Of a stretch of 41,267 nt of DNA, positions 19,759 through 32,660 are shown in pieces (position 1 is the stretch's first letter; each line of letters begins with the position of its first letter). Origin of the DNA: Nemertoderma westbladi (Eukaryota; Animalia; Xenacoelomorpha); contig JAUCBJ010007210.1 in assembly GCA_032718475.1 (NCBI GenBank), positions 1 to 41,267 on the forward strand, given 5' to 3'. A program made the translations under genes and the position numbers. Under the pieces are notes generated by a model. It was given only the letters and a program-made list of their open reading frames with translations. It was not told the origin of the DNA and ran no database searches.

Positions 19759-22700
19759 TAGGGATACTGTTACGCTTTAGACTGCGGCGATTTGCGTTTA
19801 CTTGCGACATCGAGGTGATGTTTCACCAGGTAAGAGCCTGTAAGGCGGACCAGGATAGTCTCAGATTTCTCTGGTATGAGAATGAAGACCTATCCGGCCC
19901 AGTGGTTACATACCAGATGTATGTCAGGATATTCGGCGCCCGCGATAGTCCCAATGGCACGCTGTTCGTTTTAAAGAAAACGGCGACAGCACAAATTGAA
20001 AAGTATCCAGTAGATGTTATCGAGTCCATCCTGAGAAACTTCTACATGGACGACGGATTGGTGTCCAAGGACACAGCGGAACAAGCCATAGTAGTGGCTC
20101 ACGGCCTACAGGAGTGCTTGGCTACAGGGGGTTTCCCACTGACCAAGTTCACCACCAACTCGGAGGCCTTATTAGAGTCATTCCCGGTGAAAGATCACGG
20201 GAGTGGAGACATTGAATTGGGTGTAGAACCCATCCCCATGGTGCGAGTACTGGGACTCGCTTGGAATCCAAACACGGATAAGTTCCAGGTGAGAGTTAGA
20301 TTTGAACCCAGTAGTCCAGATAAAATTTTGACTAAGAGAATCTGCTTATCGACAATGAGTAGACTATTTGACCCGATGATCTTTATCAGCCCGGTAATAT
20401 TACAGGCACGAGTATGTATGAAGAAAATTTGGCTGTCTGACCTAGAGTGGGACGAGCCAATATCCCCTATACATGCAAAGCAGTGGAGAGAGTGGGAAGC
20501 CGAGTTACATCTATTGAAAAATATAGATGTACCCCATTCCTACTTTCCGAATCAGCTGGTATTTCCAGCTGATCTTGAACTGCATCTGTTTAGTGACGCA
20601 AGTGACACCGGCTTTGGTATGGTAGCCTACATTCGCCGAGAGGTAAGTCAGGACAAGTTTGAGATGGCCTTTGTGACTTCTAGATCAAAGACAATGCCGG
20701 TCAAATACATGACTGTCCCTCGTGCAGAGTTGCAGGCGGCAGTAGTCTCAGTCGAGGTAAGTATGCAGATAATAGAGGAATTAGACACGACATACGACGG
20801 CCAGACCAAGACGGCCGAGAGGCCAACAGACGCGCTCAGATAGTCGACCTTTCGATGAAGGAACAATGGAGACATTGTCCGGGAGTGTTAAACCCGGCCG
20901 ACATAACTTCGAGAGGTGCTATGCCGGCGGAATTCTGTCAGAAGAAATCCCAGGAGTTTTGGTTACATGGACCTGATTTTCTAACGAGGACACAGGAGTA
21001 TTGGCTAGAGCGACTGAAGATTGTGACCAATCCGATGCCGATAGATGCAGAAGTCAAAGTGGAGAAAGTCTCCAAGTCTAAGTCGAAAGCCAAACTTGAG
21101 TCATTGGAGCGGCCTGAAGAGTCATTGGAGCGCCCTGAAGAGTCATTGGAGCGACCTGAAGAGTCATTGGAGCGGCCTGAAGAGTCATTGGAGTGGCCTG
21201 GAGACCTGTTAAACCGAGAGACTTATGTGACTACAAGGTCCAGAAAGGTAAGTTATGACATAAAACCACCCTTACAGACTACACAAGGGTCACAATTAGT
21301 AAGTGACGGACAGAAAATGACCGACAAGATGGAGCCTTCGGTTTCCAAACCTGCGGGTTTGGATTCGAAACTTCCATTAGTTAGTGGGCAACCGTCGCTG
21401 GCATTAGAGCCATGCAGTATTTATGACAAATTACTAAATTCGTCCACCTCTTGGCTGACAATTTGTAAAAGAACTGCGTGGTTAAGCCAATACGTTTCAT
21501 ACCTTTGTTTAAAACATTCGAAACATTTAGGAGAACAAACGAGCACTAATAGCGAGCGAATTCAGAAATTGAAACAACCTCTGACAGAGGATGAGATTGA
21601 TCAAGCAGAATTAAGGCATTTGAGACATTATCAAATGTGTGGCTTCCCGAAAGAATTTTATCTGTTATTGGCTCAACGACCAGTTCTCTATAAACCCCTC
21701 AAAAAATGGAGTCCATTAATCCATAAGGGTTTGATTTGTCATAGATCGAGAATCCAGACTGTCGACATAAACTCACAGTTTAGGTTCCCAGTGATAATAC
21801 CTAGTCACCCAATAGAATTGCAAAGAGCGATTCTATGGGATATACATAAGAGGCTGCATCATGCGGGAAGGTTACACTATTTGTCGGCAGCGAGACAGCG
21901 ATTCATTCTATTGCAGCCAAGCAGGGCAGTAGGTACTATGTACGACGCCTGCCTGGTTTGCAAGAGAGTGAACGCCAGAGTATTGGAACAGGAGATGGCT
22001 GAAATCCCGGAAGCGAGAGTGCAGGCATATGACCCACCCTTTACAAATATGGGGGTGGACTGCTTTGGTCCAATTGAGGCAAAGAGTGGACGGCTGACCC
22101 ATAGGAGATGGGGCCTACTACTGATATGTATGGCCAGCAGAGCCATACATATAGAGCGTGTGGCAGACATGTCAACCAAATCTCTGCTCCTGGCCTTAAA
22201 GAGATTTATGGCCAGGAGAGGACTAGTAAAGGCGTTCTACTCCGACAAGGGTACAAACTTTGTCGGGGGGAATAGCGAGTTAAACGCGGCTCATAGGGCG
22301 GCGCAGAATAGAGAAATCTCTGCAGCACTTTTGCCGCAAAGAGTGGAGTGGAAATTTAACACTCCAGAAAGTCCCTGGAGAGGAGGAAGTAGGGAGCGTT
22401 TGGTTCGCTCCATAAAATAGGCCATTGCTAAAACATTGCCTGTAAACAAACAACTTACAGACGACGAGCTGGTAACAGCTTTCATCGAAATCGAGCATAC
22501 CTTAAACTCGAGGCCGATAGCTATGTTGCCTGACGGTGTCGCATTAACACCAAATCATTTGCTAATGCAGAGTCCAGCGTTTCTTGTGCCGGCATCAGAA
22601 CCCATTAGTGCCGACCTATACAGTCGAAAGAGCTCGAAAATAACACAGTTTGTGGCGTACACAGCCTCCAAGGAGGAGACTACGTATTAATAACCGAACT

Positions 22701-22935
22701 AGTTGTCAAGAGAAAGTATTGGGAGACCGGAGTCATCATACACATACACCCGGACGTTCAAAATATAGTACGCACCGTCACTGTAAAAATAAGGTGCAAG
22801 TGTCCAAACCAAAAGAAGTGTAAAACTAATGGTTTACACACCTTAGACAGACCGGTCCAAGATATCGTGTTACTAGAGGAAACACGCATCAAGACAGGAG
22901 ACTATAATTTGTCTTCTGCCTCAAACCAAAATTAG
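19759..22935 (+). pseudogene. Element A pol: RT, RNase H (internally deleted), integrase and BEL C-terminal domain
   Basis: DIEVMFHQV, FYMDD, LHLFSDASDTGFG, TVPRAELQAA, WRHCPGVLNPADITSRG, H...H-CLVC, GVDCFGP, YSDKGTNFVG, PWRGGSRERLV. Tail WETGVIIHIHPDVQNIVRTVTVK...RPVQDIVLLE ends in TAG at 22933-22935. The usual WTDS motif of RNase H is missing near 20790-20820. Confidence 0.93.
21098..21202 (+). repeat. 21-bp in-frame tandem repeat (ESLERPE x5) in the RH-IN linker
   Basis: gagtcattggagcggcctgaa repeated five times with minor variants. Confidence 0.9.
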
Positions 22936-23697
22936 TGTTAGAACGCAAATTCACTTCGTATGCATTCCTCGTATGCAAATACTAGGAAATGCATAGGAGC
23001 GGGTTTGTGTTGATTTGTGTTGAGAATTTGTCTGGTGGGTATCAAAACAACATTTTATTTTCATAAAATGTTTGGAAAAATAAAAAATTTTAAAAATTAG
23101 AAGTGAACCCAAGACAATTCCAAACGCTGCATATAGACGCGTTCTAGAATTCGTCTATAGATGTACAGTAATTTGAAAGTCGTGAAGCCTGGAAAATAGT
23201 ATCTAGACACCATGGTTACGGCTATATTAAGTAGGAGTGTAAATTGAGTTCAGTAACTTCCACAGATTGGTGCCAACAGTACAACAACCAAGGTGCTAAC
23301 GGTTAGTAGCACCAGAGGCGTACAAAGACCCCACTCAGTAGTTTGCAGTGGAGTGAGGTGTTCGATTATCAAACCTGCGGGTTTGGTATAGTCGAACACC
23401 GAAACTATTGTCCTTTCTAACTGCTGTAGTCTAGTACAAGTATTGGGGAGTAGCTTGGGGCATCAAAAAGTGAGTTGGTCACGGCCATTTTATCTCCGAA
23501 GTTTTTGCGCTATGTATGGGAATAGGTTAGAAGGTAGTTAGGAATGAGACGGGATCTAGAAAGCCGAACCTGAACTGCTGGAAGGCGGCCGGGTAGCTTG
23601 GGAAGTCTGTCCCTCCACCTCATCTAACTGACTTACCCACAGTGTAATTAGTTACATAACGGACCTATTTGGGATATATGTATATATATGCGGCAAT

Positions 23698-26489
23698 ATG
23701 GAGAAGGAAATTAGACCGCAACCGAGGAGAGGTTTCACCGCCAGAGAGGAAGCGGAACTACCGTTCGCCCGACATGGGTGTAAGGATTCCAATGTTTACT
23801 ACCATGGGAGATCGGTAATGGAGTTGAATGGGAAGTATAACCCCACGTACGAGAAGGAGTTGAGAAGGGAATGGATGCGAGCATTGGGAGACCGCATAGA
23901 GGTTCTACGAAAGGAGTATCGCACTCGTTATCCCTACAATTTTGCCCTTGATGTGTGCGACATTAGCGCCGACCCTGACGAGGAAATCGCCCGTCTATAC
24001 CATATGAACATGTATTTACGGCACGATGAACCGCTACCTGCAGTCCGGGATCAATTCGACGGGATGCATGGGTCGCGGTGGCTATATTCCCAGACGTCGA
24101 GGAGGTAGATCAGGCATGGCTGAGGAGGAAGGGTTCCTATACCCGATTTTGATGACCACAAGGCTATTGAGCGCATGTGGACCCCATCCAACGAGATCCA
24201 GCGTCAATGGAGGAAGATGGAGGAATCCCTAGAGGATTGGCGTGTAATGTTCTACGACAATGAGGGAGGGTCCCACCAAGAGTGCCTAACTAGTAAGTGC
24301 ATTCAAATTCGCGCAGCTGATGGCGTGACTCACGTATATATGCGTGTGAGGGCGGACCGAGAGAGACTGGAGCCCATCATAACAACACAATATCGGCGAG
24401 GGAAGGATCCTAGAGAGCAAATTTTGGAGGTATGTAGGCGAGGGGGTATGCACAGAGTGGAGCGTATCGATGCCAGGATGTTACCCAAGAAATTTAGAGA
24501 GGCAATTCTCAACCAGGATTACTTCAAGGTGAGATCAGGAGTCCAAAGTGATTTGGAGAGCGACTTCAACGCCATGATGGATTTGGAGGATCGATTGCCG
24601 AGAACGTTTGTCGACACCAAGCAATTGTTGCCATGGGCACAGGATATTGGAATTTATAGAGAGTACCCAAACTCTGCCAAGACTGGTATGGGCTTTATAG
24701 CACATTTGTTGTACAACTGGGACTTCAAGTTGAAGACGCAAATGAAATACGAGGAGGCGTACGGTGAATATAACACGCTGCCGGGAGCGGAGTTCAAATC
24801 CCACTTTAAGCGGCAAGCTTTAGTGTATTGGAACATCTGCGCGCCATCCCGTGCGTCACTGCAATATTATGTGGTGCTGGAGTCGAACACAGTAACTTGT
24901 TTAGTAGCGGATATCGTTGCAAGAGTTCTGAAGCGCCATCCATTGGTGTTCGGAGGAGATCAATACGTTTGTTCGAAGGGAGGAATCCAATCTGACGTGA
25001 TGAAGCGTTTCTTAACCCCGTTCTTCAACCAATCGCTAGAAAACACGTCGATGGTTAGGAGAGGATTAGCGATATTCGAAGGAGTATATCGACAGAACAT
25101 CGGAGATTTGGGAGACCGACCTTCGATGGAGTATCCGACGCCAGAGGCCTTGGAGAAGTGGTTCGGGAATCAAACCTGTGGGTTTGGTACTCCCGTCCAC
25201 TTGGAGGCGGATAGACCCGTTAGAGAGGGTTGGCCCGAGATGTTAGTGGAGGTGTTCGGAATGGATCTCCCAGTGGAGAAGACATATCCGAAACGGACGC
25301 GAGAGGAAATATTGGAGATCGAGGATAAAGATGAGGATGTTTACTTTGTTCCGGATTGACAACCTTTGACCGGAGAGGACGACATAGTTTTAGAAATTGG
25401 GAAGGAAGGGAGTGCGGAAGCCGATTGGAGACCTCATATACGAGAGGGCCTGGTTTCCGCAAGCGCGTAGATGCAAGTTGTGCGGCAGCACAAGGCATAG
25501 CCAAAAGTCGTGTGATGCTGTAGTAGAGGCGGCGCATAAGGTTTGCCGTTGGTGCAATGAGACTGACCATTCATTCCATACGTGCATCATCTTCATTTCT
25601 CAGTGTGGATATTGTGAGGGACACCGTAGTGCGAAATGTCAACTGCATGATGATTCTTTCCAGAATCATAGCGCCAACCTCCTCCGGGAGATGTTAGACA
25701 AGTGGGAGGGTATGGCTGACTACCATATCCAGGCGCAAATGCGGTAGTTGCCGTTTAAAGCAGGATACGGGTTCTGGGCGGTAGATCTATCACACGTCGC
25801 ATATGAACCGTATTTGCAATCCCTACTGCAATACCAGGAGCTAATACTAACTGCTCAAGACCTTCCACAGAACACAGGAGTCGTGGTCGTTATTTCCGGC
25901 AGTTGAACATGGACAATAAAATACCTGGAATTTTGTTGCTATTTGCGACAGAATAACCAGAGGAGTGTTTTCGGAGACGAGAAAGGTGGTGCGCGCGCGA
26001 GGAGATTGAATGATGGCGGCTATACAATACCGCAACGAATTCTTGTTGACTGTGGGGTCATTGACCGCCGAACGTGTAGAGGAGCAACGAACCGCAGCGC
26101 CCACAGTGACAACAGCCGGAGCTCACAGCTCGTGGCAAGTACCAGAAGGAGGAGTCCTAGACAAGCGTCAAGTCAAGGACGAGCAGTATCATTCGATTAT
26201 TGACGCACAGAGACTGCAACGAAAGGCACAAGGCGCATCTAAAAGGGCGCGCGTGCAATTGCAGAAAGAGGAGTTGGCGGAGGCGCCCGCAGGGACACGG
26301 CAAATGGGACGAGGCCGAGGGAGGAGCACCAGTAGAGAGATAGTCGGTGCTCAGGGAACGTCGTCGCCCGTTCCGGGAAGTGACGCCTCACGGACGCCGT
26401 CAACTGAGTCCACAGGAGGAAAATTAGTGTATCTGGGGATGGGGCGAAAGAGAGGAGCGAGCCCGAAGAACCCAGGAGCAAGCCAATAA
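23698..26489 (+). pseudogene. Element A accessory ORF: unknown N-terminal domain + DEDDy-like 3'-5' exonuclease + CCHC knuckles + basic tail, broken by stops and frameshifts
   Basis: ORFs 23698 and 24175 share a frame, separated by two stops. Motifs MFYDNEG, CIQIRA, LPKKFREAILNQDYFKVRSGVQSDL, FVDTKQL, GMGFIAHLLY, YWN...QYYVVLE follow the order of WRN/EXD/RNase D exonucleases. Then CKLCGSTRHSQKSC and CRWCNETDHSFHTC. Confidence 0.72.
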
Positions 26490-26964
26490 TGCGACTATCA
26501 CGGAGCGACAGACTCTAGACATATACATCATCGTCGCTCTGATGTATATCGTAGCGTATGTTAAAATTATCGACTGGACTCATATACACTAGTCGTATTC
26601 ATATATTCTAGAATTTTTATATTATAGTGAGAGCGAATATTAGCAAAGAGAGGCGAAGGAGGTGACTGGGGAGACAAACCTGCGGGTTTGGCTTACTCCT
26701 TTCACCTTCCCTAGCCAGAGCGTTTTTATATTATTAAGTAGACCGTCAATTTGTAAATGAAAGAGGCAATATTTTTGTAATTTAATTTGTATGTAGTAAT
26801 CATTATGCAATACCTATGGATACCTATGCAATATTTTGTAAATATTAGAACTATTATAGGATCAAGTTATTAGATATTTAGAAGTAAATTTTATTTTGTA
26901 TATTTACATCACCCTATATTCTTCCACAATTGGAGGGAAACATTGCTTGTTTCCCTTGGAGCAG

Positions 26965-28996
26965 TGTTACGATATATGGCGCTGTGTTCTATTATCAGCC
27001 CATTATACAGTATAGAATATTTAGATAAGCCATAATGACATGCAGCCATAACTAGATAGGGAAAATAAAATACCCATATTCGTAGATCTTATTCATTTTG
27101 TATAATATGTAGCCCTACGTACGTAATTTTGTAATAAAACATAAATAAATAACATTACGGTAGCAAGTTTCCTATAAAACCTTAATGCAAGCTTGCTGTT
27201 ATTGGTATTAATTGAAATTAATCGTGTATTTGCATCAATTTCCATTATATTTGTTTTCAAATTGGCTTATATTAGATTGTGCATAATGTACTTTAAATAT
27301 CGCGAAATTAAATTACGCAATCATTACCATATATGGTAATAATTTGTGATTCTGGGAGCCTTGAGGTTCACAATCCGGCTTCCCTATTTGCCCAGCTGTT
27401 CCAGGTTGGTCTAGTGGTGGTGTGGATTGATGAGCCAATGGGACGATTATTGCATCATCCCTGTTGGATCACCTATAAATTGGCTGTGTTTCCGGCATGT
27501 GTTACTGCATTTTTCCCGTTCTTATTCATCTTTGGACCTTTTTCCCTGTATTTTGTTTTCGCTTGCAATAATTTGTAATTATTTGTAAATTCTGATTTCT
27601 GCTTTAAATTCTTTGCTGTATTTTCTCAATTAATAATGGTTACTGCAAATTACAACCTCGAACTATGATTTCTACCTTTGATTAATAGTTTTCTATGTGA
27701 TTTAAGATGCGATAACCCCACGGGATTTCCTTAGACTGCCAGACTGTTTGTGAATGCATGCGCCGCTACGGTAGCTATTCGTTCTAATGGAGGGCTAAGG
27801 TACCGGTAGGTGCGGCGGGCGCACCGGTGGGTAGCGACGAAGGGAGTGCAGAGGATTCAAATGCGGGCAACGCTGGCGGGGGGTCACCGTTGCGGTCGGG
27901 AGGTAGTCAGTGGGGCCTGAAGACCTGTCGCCGGTACAGTAATAGGGTGCTGATGATCCAGATTTTCTTTCTATTTGTAGTGTTAGGGGGCAGGACTTAG
28001 GTTAGTTAGGAAGCCTATATGTAGCCGGGAGAGGCCTTCATGTCTTACACTGCTAATTGCTAGCTGCAAATTGTAAATTGTTAATTGCATACTATACTGG
28101 TATACTGATACGCTACTGTGTGGTTTTAGTACACCAGCTGATTGGTAGTTAACGCAGTACCGTACTACTAGCTAATTGCTACGCTAATTTGTGTGTTGCT
28201 AATGTGTGCCTGATTCTTGATTGTGAATGCTTAGATAGGCGCCTTTCCCTTGATTGATTTCTATTTCTTAGTTTACGTTTAATAATTGCTGATTAGGTCA
28301 AAATAATACAGTATTTAGGCTGTTGCTAGTGTAACCCAGTGCGTAATAAATTAGAATTGCGTATTCTGGAACATTTAGTAATTAGTACGCTGTTTCGTAA
28401 TTATGACTGTAGTTAATTAGCGTTAAAATAAGAAATTGTACGCAGCATAGTGGAGAGTAGTTTAAGTAATTATTTAGAATACTGTAGACTATTCACGCTA
28501 GGCGGTTATTTGAAAATAGCGGGAAACAAGCTGATAGCAGCATCCAGTATACAGTAGTAAGTTGCTGGCCTAAAGCCAGCCGAAGGCAAGTTTAGACCCA
28601 AATACAGTACCACGATTGGTCACGGTAGGTCATTCAGTCATTGAGTTATTTTAAACATTCTCACATTCATAAATTATGTTAGTGAACCCCAGTATTTGCG
28701 ATTAGGCGATAAGTGAACACGCTGAGTGTAACCTCTCCCACACTCGTTTTAAGTAGCTTAGGGAGCCGATTCGGGTTTATTGTTTTGGTTATTCCCGCGT
28801 GGCTCATAGATTCGAACAGTTAGCTCTCTGTCGAGCGATCGGTAGAGAAAGGAACAAGCGATTTGTAGGAGCCGTATAAAATTAGTAAAAAATGTTAGCG
28901 GACGGCCAGGTTAGCGCCATCCAGTGGTGAGAAGCAATTTTGTGTTTAGCAGCAGTGTAGCAGTAATAACGCGCTCCTGATCGCCCCTGTTTAACA
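26965..28996 (+). repeat. Element A 3' LTR (about 2030 bp)
   Basis: 3' end fixed by identity with 5358-5727. 5' end inferred from TGTTA (inverse of terminal TAACA) after a stem-loop and a short purine-rich tract. Confidence 0.75.
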
Positions 28997-29473
28997 GCAT
29001 GTCTATGATGTAGATATTTAAATATTACCATATCGTGTGAATAATAGTTTATTAATTAAATGGGCCGCATCATTCTTTTAGTTTACATATTACTTATTAC
29101 TAATTATTTCAATAGCAATAATTATGTAAAAATATGTCGTAAAACAACAATATAGAACCAATACGATAATTGGTGTATATCAAGCCAATTTCCATAAATC
29201 GTAATCCCGTTCCCTTACCAGAATTCCTCTCCCCCTGTTATCTCACGTAGGCCTACACACATCCCCTAGCACACGCATCCCCTAGCACAGGCATCTCTTG
29301 GTGCTTCGGTGTAACAATTTATAATTTATTATTTGGAATCGATCAACAGATATTTTATTATTCTTGTATCGATTGAATAGATATTCATTGGGGGGGGGGG
29401 GGGGGGGGGGGGGATCTGAGCAGAGCAGTTAAAATTAATAATAACAATTTAAAATCACTTTTATTAACAGTAA

Positions 29474-31079
29474 CACCCAGTAACAGTATATTGTGTAGCA
29501 CAATAAGTGCACCCAGTAACAGTATATTGGGTAGCACAATATTAAGTGCATCCAGTAACATTATATTAGGTAGCACAATATGAAGTGCACCCAGTAACAG
29601 TATATTGGGTAGCACAATATTAAGTGCACCCAGTAACAGTATATTGGGTAGCACAATATTAAGTGCATCCAGTAACATTATATTAGGTAGCACAATATGA
29701 AGTGCACCCAGTAACAGTATATTGGGTAGCACAATATTAAGTGCACCCAGTAACAGTATATTGGGTAGCACAATCTTATGTGCACCCAGTAACAGTATAT
29801 TGGGTAGCACAATATTAAGTGCACCCAGTAACAGTGTATTGGGCAGCACAATATTAAGTGCACCCAGTAACAGTATATTGGGTAGCACAATATTAAGTGC
29901 ACCCAGTAACAGTGTATTGGGCAGCACAATAAGTGTACCCAGTAACAGTATATTGGGTAGCACAATATTAAGTGCACCCAGTAACAGTATATTGGGTAGC
30001 ACAATATTAAGTGCACCCAGTAACAGTGTATTGGGCAGCACAATAAGTGTACCCAGTAACAGTATATTGGGTAGCACAATATTAAGTGCACCCAGTAACA
30101 GTATATTGGGTAGCACAATATTAAGTGCACCCAGTTATAGTATATTGGGTAGCACAATATTAAGTGCACCCAGTAACAGTATATTGGGTAGCACAATATT
30201 AAGTGCACCCAGTAACAGTGTATTGGGCAGCACAATAAGTGTACCCAGTAACAGTATATTGGGTAGCACAATATTAAGTGCACCCAGTAACAGTATATTG
30301 GGTAGCACAATATTAAGTGCTCCCAGTAACAGTATATTGGGTAGCACAATATTAAGTGCACCCAGTAACAGTATATTGGGTAGCACAATATTAAGTGCAC
30401 CAAGTAACAGTATATTGGGTAGCACAATAAGTGTACTCAGTAACAGTATATTGGGTAGCACAATAAGTGTACCCAGTAACAGTATATTGGGTAGCACAAT
30501 ATTAAGTGCACCCAATAACAGTATATTGGGTAGCACAATATTAAGTGCATCCAGTAACAGTATATTGGGTAGCACAATATTAAGTGCTCCCAGTAACAGT
30601 ATATTGGGTAGCACAATATTATGTGCACCCAGTACCAGTATATTGGGTAGCACAATATTAAGTGCACCCAGTAACAGTATTGGGTAGCACAATATTAAGT
30701 GCATCCAGTAACAGTATATTGGGTAGCACAATATTAAGTGCTCCCAGTAACAGTATATTGGGTAGCACAATATTAAGTGCACCCAGTAACAGTATATTGG
30801 GCAGCACAATATTAAGTGCACCCAGTAACAGTATATTGGGTAGCACAATATTAAGTGCTCCCAGTAACAGTATATTGGGCAGTACAATATTAAGTGCACC
30901 CAGTAACAGTATATTGGGTAGCACAATATTAAGTGCTCCCAGTAACAGTATATTGGGTAGCACAATATTAAGTACACCCAGTAACAGTATATTGGGTAGC
31001 ACAATATTAAGTGCACCCAGTAACAGTATATTGGGTAGCACAATATTAAGTGCTCCCAGTAACAGTATATTGGGTAGCA
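29474..31079. repeat. Minisatellite, 39-bp unit (36-bp variant), roughly 41-42 copies
   Basis: Unit cacccagtaacagtatattgggtagcacaatattaagtg, head to tail with no unique spacers. Confidence 0.97.
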
Positions 31080-31513
31080 TGGCCATGGACTTTTTGGTGC
31101 ATCTGTCACATAGGTTCTTACGTTTTAATTCACCTACTGTATTATTGAATGGCCAGTGGGGACAAGAGAGCTCTAAGTTGTAATAAAACCTGATAATTAT
31201 ACCCAAAAGGACTGGACAGTATTCATTTATTAAACACTGTTGATTTATTTAGGTTATTTTACAAATTTTACATAAAAAATGCAGGTAATGTTATTATTTC
31301 AATTTATCTTTAGCTAGAAATACATCTGGATATCCTGGCAAAACCGAAAAAAAGGTTCACCCCAAAAGAAGAGAAAAGCCACGACATTAGAGTTGTCACT
31401 GCAGGGATCCATAGAAAACAAGAAATTCCAAGTATGGAACAGCAAAATGAGGTAGGCATAACCATTGAATAATAAATATTAAGTTTAATTAATTAATTAG
31501 CTTAATTAAGCTG

Positions 31514-32660
31514 TTGGAAGATAACAGCAGAATTTTGGGTCGCAGACACCAAAATCTGCACAATGGACAGTTTGACTCCACTCATCAAAAGTTCTACAAC
31601 AGATCTCAGTACTTCAATTGCATACCTCAGACACAATCAAGATATATCTTCAAACCTGCACAAACTAAGGGAAAAGGGGATTCTGGATCTGGATATATGA
31701 ACACCCTATATATCACTGGCATTCCTCGAAAACACACTGAGGATGAAATTATGCTATACTTGAAAGAGAGGGGCATTCAGGTCACTCAAATTACAACCAG
31801 AGTATATCACTTTACCAAGAGCATGATAATCACCAAATAATGATGAGGAATGTTCAATGTTCATTTCTATTCGACAACACCTACTGGCCTTCTGGAGTCC
31901 ATTGTAGAAAATGGATAGTATATGGAAATGATACATCTGGTAACAAAGGTGGTGGAAGGTCCTTGAGGCCAAAACTAAAGTATTGTCTTTAACCCAAATA
32001 ACAAAAGGATTTGGAGTAAAAATTGGAAGATAGGAATAGGAAGTGGAATCGGGATGCAGGGAAACTAGCCCATGCTGTAAATGCCTCAAATGACAATCAT
32101 GACCACAGTCAAATGGTCACCAAAGTTAGTGTGTCCTGCAATAACAATATGGTAAGGATTGCAATTCACAACTGCTGTGGCTTCCATACAAGCTCTGATT
32201 ATATTATCGATAACTTACTGCCGTCTTGTGATGTAATAGCTCTTCTAGAAATATGATTAGACAAAATAGAATATGATCAATTACTCTTAAAACTAAATAG
32301 TGACTTTCATTGTGAATACATTATTAGCGACCTCATGCTAAATCCTTGCGCAAAAGAGGAGCTGGTGGAACAGCTATATTCATCAGGAAATCATCATTCA
32401 TAAATACCAGCCGAGTTGAATGTGGTGATAACTCAGTTGGAGTAATTGCCAATGCACTTATTGGGGGTGATTACCATTATATGTTCATTTCAAGCTATGC
32501 ACCAGATTCCAGTAAGGTCGCTATTGAATACGATCGGTATATTGGCTTCATGGACGGCCTATTAAATATGTACCCTGAAAACATACCTATCATCATGGCT
32601 GACTTCAATGCTGACTTAAGAAACCTGCAAGGAAACAGACTCAACCGAATATATCATACA
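31514..32660 (+). pseudogene. Degenerate LINE (CR1/L2-like): ORF1 C terminus and APE endonuclease start
   Basis: LYITGIPRKHTEDEI and YWPSGVHCRKW (ORF1-type), then HNCCGF, DVIALLE, GAGGTAIFIRK, SSYAP, MADFNADL. Start coordinate approximate. Confidence 0.72.

Larger units (their letters stand above)
5358..28996 (+). mobile_element. BEL/Pao LTR retrotransposon 'A' (decayed, with nested insertions and an accessory ORF)
   Basis: Direct repeats 5358-5727 and 28627-28996, gag-PR-RT-RH-IN order with BEL-type motifs, termini TGTTA...TAACA of the 3' LTR. Confidence 0.93.

Noticed and set aside
23698-26489. env gene
   Set aside because: No signal peptide, transmembrane helix or fusion-protein pattern seen; the motifs fit a nuclease with knuckles.
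27950-27990. CTGATGA, a possible hammerhead ribozyme core in A's LTR
   Set aside because: No stem II and GAAA follow it.
29474-31079. CRISPR-like array of palindromic repeats
   Set aside because: No unique spacers, no cas genes, and a eukaryotic transposon context.
29385-31206. Long repetitive ORFs (LPNILLLGALNIV, CYPIYCYWVHLIL, SILGSTILSAPSN) on both strands
   Set aside because: By-products of a 39-bp tandem unit lacking stops in several frames; no unique protein context.
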